64,000 bases of DNA from the human T2T-CHM13v2.0 reference genome, Homo sapiens, in assembly GCF_009914755.1 (NCBI RefSeq), contig NC_060931.1. The stretch is one strand, 5' to 3'. Position 1 is the stretch's first letter. Each line of letters opens with the position of its first letter. The notes beneath the pieces were generated by a model. That model made no database searches and was not told the DNA's origin. It saw only the letters and a program-made list of their open reading frames with translations. Shown in pieces: positions 50,433 to 64,000 of the stretch. The translations under genes and the position numbers were made by a program.

Positions 50433-51383
50433 ACAGATGGACTCTTACAACTGTTACAGATAGAAACCCCCTAGGGCTATCTAGGCTGTGCTGATTGGCC
50501 CCGAGATAACCCTTTGTGGGTGCCGTTTATGGGTACTTCTGCTGCTGATTTTTCTGTTTTGGAAACTTTCCTGTCCCCTAACCTCAGCAGGAATGTGGCT
50601 GACTCAGGGTTGGGGCTTTCAGAAGCATTGAGCAGGGTGGTCTCTTTGGCCATACAGGCCACACTAGGAGTTGGACCTCGTTAACATTACTCATCTGCCA
50701 CAAATGAGGTAACTGAAGCATAGATGGGGTGCTCTCTTTTCCACAGGGTGCTGAGCACTAGTAGCAGGGAGGTGGGGGCTTTCCAGTGGGGCACCTTCCT
50801 CAAGGAGGCGAGTCTAAAAGAGTTCTTTGAAGAAGAAAAGGTGTTTGGCAGAAAAAAGAAGGGGATCAAGTCTGGTCCTGCTCAAGCCGTATTTGGGCAA
50901 GGCTGGATGCCAGCATCATTTCCCTTTTCCTGTTCTCCAAGGATGTACTTTGGAGGGGATGAGGAATGACATCAGTGCTTTTTAATTTGGTTGGATCCTC
51001 CCTTGTACCATAATAGTTCTTCGTGGTGCAGTGAGTGAGAAATTGAGGATGCATTTATTTTATCACAGCCTTGTTCTTAAGACAGGGCTTGGCCGAATGT
51101 GAACTTTGTTCTTGATGAGAAGGTAAATAGCGGCTGCCAGGCTCTGTCAAGCATGAGGTGTGAGTGGGAGGCTGCTGCAGAGTGGAAATGAGGTGACTTA
51201 GTTGTTAGGGGCAAGCTGAGCCCCAGCCACAGAGGCTCACAACTGCAGTGGCTCAAACAAGTGGATTACTCCCATTCAACTGTTGGGAGGAAGCTGGTTG
51301 GGAGGAAGTTGGATTACAGACATGAGCCACTGTCTCTGGCCTAGGATTCTTTCTTTATTCATAGCAATCTCCTATTGTTGCAG

Positions 51384-51507
51384 GGGTTGGGGCCATTTAA
51401 AGATATGGCCCTGGCCTTCCCTGAGGAGGAGTGGAGGCATGTGACCCCAGCCCAGATAGACTGCTTTGGGGAGTATGTGGAACCGCAGGACTGCAGGGTC
51501 TCTCCAG
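51384..51507 (+). CDS. ZSCAN25: ZSCAN25 coding exon 4, degenerate KRAB-A
   Basis: GLGPFKDMALAFPEEEWRHVTPAQIDCFGEYVEPQDCRVSP; ttgcag| and cag|gtaaga, phase 0-1. Confidence 0.9.
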
Positions 51508-54500
51508 GTAAGACTGTCTCCACCCACAGGTGAGGAACTGGGGAGTTCTGAAAGCTCAGGTCAGGGGTCCTGCCGTAGCTCTGGCGCTCCTGGCAAAGGA
51601 AGGGGACTTCATGGCAGGCGGGTAAATGGGTCCAGCACGGACCATGGGGCACGAGGAGCTGCTTTCCTGTGTCAATAGAGGAGCCAAATGATGGAGCAGG
51701 AAAACATGAGGCCATTATTCTGGCTGTATGGAGACAGGTCGGTCATGAGGACCCCCAAACACCTACATTGTGTCCATGATTAAAGACACTGAGGGCTTGA
51801 GAACAAGATACGAACAGCAAAAGATGGGGCATCTGAGCTTGTTCAGATATTTATTGAGTGCTCCCTGCATGTGGGCCCTGTGTTAGTGGTTTTCTCTTGC
51901 GGCAGGAAGTGGGCAGGACTAACGTGCACGAAAGCGTTGGAGCTCACGGTGTGCACGTAGGAGGGCACGAGGGGGCTTCGCGATGGGAGAGGTTGGAGTG
52001 GCCCGAGTCACAGAGGAAGCAGAGCTGCGCTGGGACTCAGGTGGTGGCTGGGTTTGACCTGGGCTCAGAGCCTGGGGGGATGCGGCCATTGTGTGTGACA
52101 GCAGCTCATGGGAGGAGGAGCAGCGAGAGAGAGCCCACAGGGGCTGCCAGCAGAGCGCACTGCGGGGCTTTGGGGCTGCCAGGGCAAGGGACAGTATGGA
52201 GAGTCTGCATGCGTGGAATCAGGATGCCGGCGGGGAGAGGAAACACTGTGGCTGGAGCGGCCTGTCCTTGTTCTTTGATTTTCTTCTTTTTTGTTTCATA
52301 ACTTCTTTGTGAGTTGTACACTGACCACCCATCTGTACCGACCCCACCTAGCCTTTCCTTATCCTGAAATGCCTTGAAGGAAGAGCAAGATTATCCCTGT
52401 GCTTCCTTCAGGACGTAAGAGAATCCATCCTGCCCCTCCACTTGCTGACCCTGACCTTGAGCATCTCCCTTGAGCTTTCCAGGTCTCAGTTTCCTCTGTT
52501 GTGGAATGGGGCTGTTCATGGAACCTGTCCTCATGGTGCCATGAGGATGAAGGGAGGTGACATATCTAAATGTGTGGTGACCATGGTAGTGTTAGATTGT
52601 TTAGTTAGTGCTGTAAGTATTACTAAGGGATTCTTGTAGGAGCCCTCAGCCTTCACTCATTTATTCACCACAGAGGTGGACTTGGCTCTGTGGCCATTGC
52701 TGTTCTGGTCACTATGAAGAGTTAAAAATAAAGGCGCTTGCCTGTGGGGTCTTAGAGTTCAGGGGAAGAGGCCATGTGCATGTAATAGTGGGATACGGTA
52801 AGGGGCACTGGTCTCCTGGGAGACCTGGGTCCAGGGCACGGTTGACACAGTGTGGCAGTGATGCAAGTGGCAGAAAGATGTCAGCATACTTTATGTGGAG
52901 ATGTGTGATTGCTGTAACGGCAGAGGATGACAGAACAAAGCAGGGGCTCGAGTGATGAGCCCCAGACAAAGGTGCCAGTGTCCTGGTGCCAGGGTCCCCC
53001 TCAGGGATATTCCCCTCCCAGTGATGCTGCTGTGTGGGGTGAGGAGCCCCTCGCCCCCATTCTCAGAAGATTTTCATGCTCTCCTGGCCATTTCTGACTG
53101 TTCTGGAGACTGGTTCTGTCCTTGTCCCCTCACCAGCTCAGTGTCTCAGAACTCAGAGCAACTCAAGCCCATACCTGAACATTTCTGCCGCCAGGTGACA
53201 CGAAGGCCTGTTTCCCAAGTGTACCATTCACTTGCTGTCCCAGCTTTCAGGTCTTCCTGGGATTCACACTCGGGTTGTCCTGGTGCTTGTACTGACAGCT
53301 GCTTGGGGCTGGGCCTGAGCTGCTTCACCTGTAAAGAGACTGAATGCACAGGGCAGGGTTGAGCTAGGTGGCTGCCCAGATCACTTCCAGTTGTTCGTCT
53401 GTTCTCATTAGCAGACGGTGAGGTGCAGACCTTGTTGTCTGGGTTGTAATTGCAGTAATGTCCACAAGGACTGGAGCAAGAACTCACAACAGGATTTGGA
53501 ATCACAGAGGCAAAAAGTAGCAGGTGCAGAAACCTGAATGCAGGACTCTGCAGGCTGGTTCCCAGGATGGTGAGGGTCCTGGAGTGAAAGATGAGTGCTC
53601 AGAGGAGTAAGGAGGAGGCAGGAGTGAGTAGAGTGAGGCCGCTGAGGAGTCCGTGAGGACTCTGGGTCCTTGTTTAAAAATTTTTTCTGCGCAGAGTAAT
53701 GTGATGGAGGTTTTACTTGAGGAAAATTGGATTGACGGCAGGGTACGGCCAGTCTGGAGGGTTGAAATAGTGTAGGCACTGGGGTAAGAGCAGGAACCAG
53801 GCCAGTGGTCATGTAGAAGGGGGTTTACTGAAATATGCTTCCAAGGATGGGCCACAGATTGGCCAGAGGGGAGGAAAGAGAAGAGTCAGAGAGGAGTCTA
53901 CGTCTTAGGATCCTGGCTAAGGGCCTGGAAAAATTATGTTACTACTGTCAGAAAGAGAGGGAAGCATTTTCCTAAGAGGGAGGAAGAATGGAAAGTTCCA
54001 TTTGTTGACTTTGAGATCTAAGTGGATGGTCCCTGGAAGTAGCTGCAAGTCAGGTACATGGTCTGGGAGTTAAAATAATATCATGAACCATTGCATTCCT
54101 GCTCCATGTGTGCAGTAAACTTCATGAGTGTACAATCCATTTTGAAGGTGGTGAATGTAAGGCTCAGAGAGGTTAATTGATTTTCCCATGATCACACAGC
54201 AATTGAGCAGCCAGTGCAGCACTCAAAACGGGTTTCTCACTGCTAGGTCCCTTCTCTTCCACTACTGTGTCTTTCTCCCAGTGTCTCTGTTTATACTTAG
54301 GTATCATTGTATTTATTTTTCCCCCAGCTTTATATTTTGAACTCTTATTATACAAATTTTCAAACATACAGAAAAGCTAAGACTAGTACAGGGAACACAC
54401 TTAGGTCTTTATCTACATTCACCAATTGTTAACATTTGCCATATTTAGCTGTATAATGTGTGTTTTGTTTTGGAATGATATGGAAGTTGGAGGCATCTCA

Positions 54501-54974
54501 ATCTTTCATTTGTAAATACTTCAGCATTTGTCTAACAATGACATTCCCAACATAGCCCAGTAGCATAATTTCATCTAAGAAAATAAACATAAATTCGATA
54601 TATGTAACATCTAGTGCATAGTCAGCTTTCCCCAAGATCTAGTTGTGGTTTGTGCATTGCATTTAGTTTTAATCTTACTATTCATAACACCTCAAAACTG
54701 AAAACTACCCAAATGAACAACAGTCAAATTAATAAGTAGGTTGCAGTCTATCTGTATCTGTATATCTATCTATATATACATACACACACACACATACATA
54801 TACTCAGTGGAATACTGTATACCAATGAAAAAGAATAAACTACAGCTTCACACCATGATATAGGTGAACGTCACAAACATGATATTGAGTAGAAGAAGCC
54901 AGAAACAATGTGTGAGACAATTACCTGAAGTTCAAGAACAGGCAAAAAAGTCCAGACAATGTGTTCCCGTTGGT

Positions 54975-55186
54975 ATAGTATATATGTATACTATATACGT
55001 ATATCATGTATATGCTGTATACGTATATCTCGTATATGCTGTATACGTATATCTCGTATATGCTGTATACGTATATCGTATATGCTGTATACGTATATCT
55101 CGTATATGCTGTATATGTATATTGTATATACTGTATACATGTATATGCTGTATATGTATATACTGTATATGTATAGTATATATATG
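54975..55186. repeat. AT-rich minisatellite, 24-bp unit cgtatatgctgtatacgtatatct, inside an old L1 fragment
   Basis: About 5 near-identical copies at 55008-55125; 8-aa repeats in the ORF track. Confidence 0.85.
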
Positions 55187-55283
55187 CAGGGTATAGTGAT
55201 GGAGGAGATGTAAAAGGGGCTTCTAGGGACTGGTTATGTTCTGTTTGTTGAACTGAATGCTGTTTACGTGGTTGGGTTCGTTA

Positions 55284-55520
<237 letters not shown>

Positions 55521-56517
55521 TTATTTTCATGAAAAGTTTACAAAACAAAATCCAAGCTGATAAGTATGTATTTCATATTTTATCAAACCAGGAGGCATAT
55601 ACTGTCAGGTTTTTTTTGTCTTCTAGTCATCTTGCCTAAAAGGACTCTTCCGCTTTAAGCACCACTTATTTCTCCTTTTCTTTTTTTCTCTTTGCCTCTT
55701 TGTTCCCCAATACCTTTTCTTTTCTTTTTTTCTCCTCCCCTTTCTGTTACTCTTCCATAAACACCTGTTCCGTTAATTTAGAGAGAATATAAGAAGGATC
55801 AGAGTGAGGATGAAGGAAGGGTGAAGCTGAGCATTTCAGCAGCGTCATGGTCTCAGTCCTGATAAATATGCTACCTAGGGGCGTTCTCCTGCAGGAGCCT
55901 CAGTGAAGCCTGCTTCATTCATTCAGCCAGCAGTTAGCAAGCATCTTCCCTGAGTCAGTCCCCTGCCAGGCTCCTAGGAGACCCAGATGAATGAACCTGG
56001 TTAGGCAGAGGGAGCATGTGGGCAGGACAGGGGACTGAGCAGGCACCTGGAAGGTCTGGAGAGCTGTGTGCTGCCCTGTGCTACAGCAGGTGTAGAATCG
56101 TTTGGGGAAGGCGCAGGACATCTGGATGAATGGAAACAGCATTTCCAACAAAGTCACATGTAAATAGGTACAGAATAATAAAGTGCTAGTTAGGTGCACA
56201 GTGCTGAAGAGGCCCAGAGTAAGAGAATAATCGTGGTGAGTGTCTTAGAGGAAATTATTGAGCTACATTTTGTAAGAAGTAAAGGTCTAGATTAGCAGCA
56301 AGATAAGTGGGCGGGCACTGGAATTTGGCAGACTATTCTGTAAAAAGACATGGAGGTGGAAATAAGGAAAAAGAAGTAAGGAAAGCCTGAGTTGAGGTTG
56401 TTGGTCAAAGGAAAAAAGAGAAGGAACCATGAATGGGACCCCTGTGAAGCAGAGTTCTAACATGTAAATGTCCTGCGGCTACCACAGAATCAATCTTTAT
56501 CTCCTCCTGTCCTGTAG

Positions 56518-57347
56518 GCGGTGGGAGCAAGGAAAAGGAGGCAAAACCCCCACAGGAAGACCTGAAAGGGGCGCTGGTGGCACTGACATCAGAGAGGTTT
56601 GGGGAAGCCTCTCTCCAGGGCCCTGGGCTCGGAAGGGTCTGTGAGCAGGAGCCTGGTGGCCCTGCAGGCAGTGCGCCTGGGCTTCCTCCTCCCCAGCACG
56701 GTGCCATCCCCCTGCCTGACGAAGTCAAAACCCACAGCTCCTTCTGGAAGCCTTTCCAGTGCCCTGAGTGTGGGAAAGGATTCAGTCGGAGCTCCAATCT
56801 CGTCAGGCACCAGCGAACCCACGAAGAGAAGTCTTATGGCTGTGTGGAGTGTGGGAAGGGCTTTACCCTGAGAGAATACCTGATGAAGCACCAGAGAACC
56901 CACCTGGGAAAGAGGCCCTACGTGTGCAGCGAGTGCTGGAAAACCTTCAGCCAGAGACACCACCTGGAGGTGCACCAGCGCAGCCACACTGGGGAGAAGC
57001 CCTACAAGTGCGGGGACTGCTGGAAGAGCTTCAGCCGCAGGCAGCACCTGCAGGTGCACCGGAGGACGCACACCGGGGAGAAGCCCTACACCTGCGAGTG
57101 TGGCAAGAGCTTCAGCAGGAATGCCAATCTGGCGGTGCACCGGCGTGCCCACACTGGCGAGAAGCCATATGGGTGCCAGGTGTGCGGGAAGCGGTTCAGC
57201 AAAGGGGAGCGGCTGGTCCGACACCAGAGAATCCATACAGGGGAGAAGCCCTACCACTGTCCTGCCTGCGGGCGAAGCTTCAACCAGAGGTCCATCCTCA
57301 ACCGGCACCAGAAGACCCAGCACCGCCAGGAGCCGCTGGTGCAGTGA
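56518..57347 (+). CDS. ZSCAN25: ZSCAN25 last exon, seven C2H2 fingers
   Basis: cctgtag| acceptor; TGA 57345-57347; spliced CDS 387+202+92+124+830 = 1635 nt = 544 aa. Confidence 0.95.
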
Positions 57348-58158
57348 GCATAGCAGGTGGCAGGCAGCACCATCATTCATCTTTCTCACTGCAGGGCCTT
57401 GCGGGGTGCAAGGTGATGGCTGCAGGAAAGCACTGGTCCCATCGCCTTCCCACCCATTCGCCAACGCGGGAAAGGCAAGGCCTGGCTTACTTAGAGCTTC
57501 CAGAGAGCATAGCTGCTTCCATCTCTTACCCAAGTGGTGCTAAACAATTTTTCTTCCAATGTTTGAGGGAAGCAGTCTCCTGCGGTTCAGTTCAGGCTGA
57601 GATTTTCTCCTTCAGTGGACTGTCTGTGTCCCCCTGCCGAACAAAGCTGGGAGTAAAGGCAAAACCTTGACACGTGTTGGTAGCTGGGACCTCATCTTCC
57701 TGAGGGCTCTGTCTTGCCTGCAGGGTCATAGCTCAGACTCTTCCCCCACCCCCTCTCTTTTCCATTGAACAAACATTTATTGAACATCCTCTGAGCACCT
57801 GGCCGTGGGAATGCCGTGGTGAATGAGAGACTAGACGTGATGCCTCTGGGGGTTGTGCGTTGGGGATGCATGCGACAGCCCATGACCCGAGGCATTCTCA
57901 GGGTATCTGTGCTGTGTGCCCGTGAGAACATCTTCCCATGACCGCTCCTGCCCTCCTGCCCCGTGCTGGATCTTCCCTCCCCAGCTGGGATCTGCTCCCA
58001 GGCAACTGTGTGAATTTTACATTATTTGGAGCCTCATCTGTGTCAGGCTATAACATTCTATCCTCATCTGTAAAACTTCCCCGTCCATTATTCCTTGCAC
58101 TATAACAACTGTCAACACACCAACTATTAGGAAGTTAGTATTTTGCTATTGATCACTG

Positions 58159-58164
58159 AATAAA
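58159..58164 (+). terminator. Candidate proximal ZSCAN25 polyA signal (further AATAAA at ~58384, ~58659, ~59680)
   Basis: AATAAA hexamers downstream of the stop. Confidence 0.45.
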
Positions 58165-59822
58165 CATCAGAGTATTTTAAAAAACAGTTCTCTAGAAAGA
58201 ACTGTTATAATTAAAATGAGTCTGAAAGATGAACTCTAGTATTAATGCCCTATATTTGATGGCACTTTATAGTTCATAAAATTAATTTCACCCCATTCTC
58301 ATTGGACCCATTTCCCAAGTATTTATTGAGGCCCTGTAACAAACATGTCAGGAACTCTTCTGGGTGCTTGAGACACATCCATGAATAAAATAGGGGGAGA
58401 AGCTGTTGACCTCGTAGAGCTTATGTCTCGTGGATGTACCTGATCTTCAGAACCCGTGGATATTCCTGCAAATCCTCTGGGCCTGTATTCATTGCTTTGT
58501 CAGCATCTTGCCCTGAAATGCATTTGTCACCTACCTCTTGTTACTAAATGGTCTCTGCCCTCCAGACCCTTGTCATCCAAGGCACTAGGGGTCCTGGACA
58601 CCCACTGGGGATGATGAGCTGGTAGCGACCTGTTTTGCATGAGTGCCAAGTCAGGAAAAATAAAGATATTTGTAGGCATTAAAAAAAAATACATTTCTTT
58701 AAAAATGAGAAGATGCAATATTTGTAAACTGTTGAAGCTTCCTTATTGTGCCATCACTTAAGGGTTTCATTTCTGTTTAAAGTTCTGGAAGCTGCATAAC
58801 TAGCGTGGACTGACTGCTGTGTCATTGTGCTGTGCCTTTGAACCCTGGCTGAGTGAGTGAGTTTGTCCTTTGTTGATAGTGTCCTATAATTGCAAAATGT
58901 GGTTTGTCTTCTGATGCCTCTTAATACCAGATTCTTTTACTGAGATTTTTTTTTTTCATTTTCCATTGTAAATAAGGTAAATGGTAATGACTAACACAAA
59001 GCTGTATTACTCAGCCCACTTTGAAACGTGGTTTTATCACCTGTTCTTGTTAGGCAGCATGGTGTCTAATTTTGGCTTAGCAAATGACGCTCCTTGGTCT
59101 TCCTGGCTCATTAGCTGTGCCCACGAGGCTGCACTGACTGGGTCGTAAATGTATCTGAGATGTCCACACGGGGCTGCTGCTGCTCCTCTGTAATACTGAG
59201 GTCCACATGCAAAATCAGCTTTTTTTCCCCCGTAATTATCAGAGCAGCTAGGCAGGGCTGACAGCCAGGCAGACTCAGTGGGAGGCTTCTGGCCTGAGTG
59301 TGGCCTTCCCCAGAGGGTGGTTTTCCAAAGGCAGGTGGGGACTGGGGAGGCCTCGGGGGGCTGCTTGTCATTACCTGAATCACAGATGCTCTTTTGTCAT
59401 ACACAGCCAGCATTCCTCTGGGTTTCAGCAAGTTGGCATATCTTAAGCTTCAGAAGGAGCTGGGCCTTGCTGACTTTCCTATCTGGCCTCTTCCCTATCT
59501 CCTGTGGGGCCAAGAGCTTAGGACAGTGTCTCAGAAAAGCCTCTAAGTAGGGGGTTTTTCCCATGGGATTGTGGTAGTCTGATTTTTCATATCTATTCAA
59601 ATGTTAAGAAATATTTTGTTTTCTGTATTTTTCTATTCTTTAGAAATTTTTTTATAATAGATAATTTCAAACCTATATAAATAAATCCTTATGTATTTAT
59701 CATTTGACTTTATTATAAACTCATAATCAATCTTGTTTCATCTCTGTCCACTCCTTCCTCCCCGTCTTCCTCCCCCACTGAAGTTTCGAAGTGTATCCCA
59801 AGTGTTGTTTATAACCATTTCA

Positions 59823-60547
<725 letters not shown>

Positions 60548-61622
60548 TAAAAATGTAGAAGTGTTTAGTGGTGTAATCAGATTCATATTTCACATTTTGG
60601 CAAGAACACATTATAGATTGTGACATGCCCTGTTTCTCTTCATATGATTTTAGAAGCCTAGATCTGCTTCTTTCGTTAGTTCTGTAAATGCTTCATCATT
60701 TAGTAGTTGGAATATTGTAAGAAATTTCCCTTCATTAACTTAGGTTACCCTTAGATATAGTTCATACAGGGAAGGCAAGAAAATGCTTGATCCTCCTCTT
60801 TATTTGCCTGTTTTCAGAATAATGAGCTAGTTACTTTTTGCTTCCTGTAAAGGCAGTCAAGTCTGTAGAAATCAATGCATTCATAGCTTTTTGCTTTTAT
60901 TGGTTTTTTTGAGACAGAGTCTTGCTCTGTCACCCAGGCTGGAATGCAGTGGTGCAATTGTAGTTCACTGCAGCCTCAAACTGCCAGGCTAAGGTGCTAC
61001 CCCTTCCTTGGCCTTGCAAAGTATTGAGATTACAGGTGTGGGCCACTGCACCTGGCCTGCACTCATGGATTTAAACATACTTGGTATTGATCAGTCTGCT
61101 GGAGTTATAATTTGATGCTCAAATTATTTCACCTTTGACCAGTGGAGGCCCCTGGACCTTGGCTCCTGAATCCTTTTGACATAACCCTAATTCTCATTGA
61201 CAGCTTCTTTGCTTTCTGGCATGACAAGATGTTCCAGGCAAATGTTCCGTATTTCCTGCCCCTTTTGAGAGTGAAAGTGGGTGCTATTTATTATGCTGGG
61301 ACAGTGGTGTAAACCGGGACTCTCCAGGTCAAACGGGTATTTGGTCAACTCATAGATGGGCCTCCTTTTGTATGACAAGGCATCTGTGGTTGCCTCACAT
61401 TGTGATGATGCTGTACACCTTCAGTGTCTGGCTGCATGTGCCGTGCTGCTGGGTAATGAGGGAGGCTGTTGTCCTTTGCAAGAGAAACTCTGTTTTCTCC
61501 CCTGGGTGGTGGTAGAACCAGGTAACTGCCTAAGGTCTGTCCTGGGGAAATATTTCATCAAGAAAGTTTGGTCCATGTCATAGTGTGTGCTATGGGTGTT
61601 GTCTGCAGGCTGATTATGCTTA

Positions 61623-62290
<668 letters not shown>

Positions 62291-62408
62291 AGCTGGTTTC
62301 AAGTCCCCTCCCTCTGTACAGTACAGATTGACTTAATCCACTTCTGAGACAGGGAAAATGACAGGTAGCAACATGTTTCTGTAGCAGGTACTTGCTCTTA
62401 AACTTTGC

Positions 62409-62476
62409 CAGGGTTTCTCAACCCCTGCACTGTTAACATTTTGTGCCAGATAATTCTCTGTTGGCAGCTGTCCTGG
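62409..62476. mobile_element. MER20 terminal fragment, truncated
   Basis: cagggtttctcaacc...cattttgtgccagataattctctgttggcagctgtcctg matches one MER20 end. Confidence 0.7.
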
Positions 62477-62480
62477 TTGG

Positions 62481-64000
<1,520 letters not shown>

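Noticed and set aside
56589-57533. 314-aa antisense ORF
   Set aside because: Codon-aligned shadow of the GC-rich zinc-finger exon; no domain or promoter support.

Overview
Primate (human-like) euchromatic DNA, Alu-dense, with three genes on the + strand. (1) The last exon and 3'UTR of the C2H2 zinc-finger gene ZNF655 (CDS open from base 1 to the stop at 918, followed by fossil fingers). (2) TMEM225B, a claudin/PMP22-superfamily tetraspan reconstructed as four coding exons and 221 aa. (3) ZSCAN25 (ZNF498), with SCAN, degenerate KRAB-A and seven C2H2 fingers, reconstructed as five coding exons and 544 aa. Gene names come from recognising the proteins and their order, which fits human 7q22.1 next to the CYP3A cluster. 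The most unusual object is a ~15.9 kb palindrome-rich tandem array (about 9385-25255, SATR1/SATR2-like at its left end) lying between two CpG islands. Its unit changes stepwise from a 74-bp G/C-armed hairpin dimer to 61, ~55-67, 54/42 and ~28-bp nearly pure-AT palindromes while keeping a GATATT...AATATC skeleton. It appears to contain an inverted block, higher-order duplications and a dense forkhead-motif cluster. Other notable items are a chained uORF arrangement in the ZSCAN25 leader, a THE1 LTR with an intact DUX4 motif, and a probable retrocopied mRNA 3' end at the right edge. Repeat boundaries and motif counts were read by eye and are approximate.
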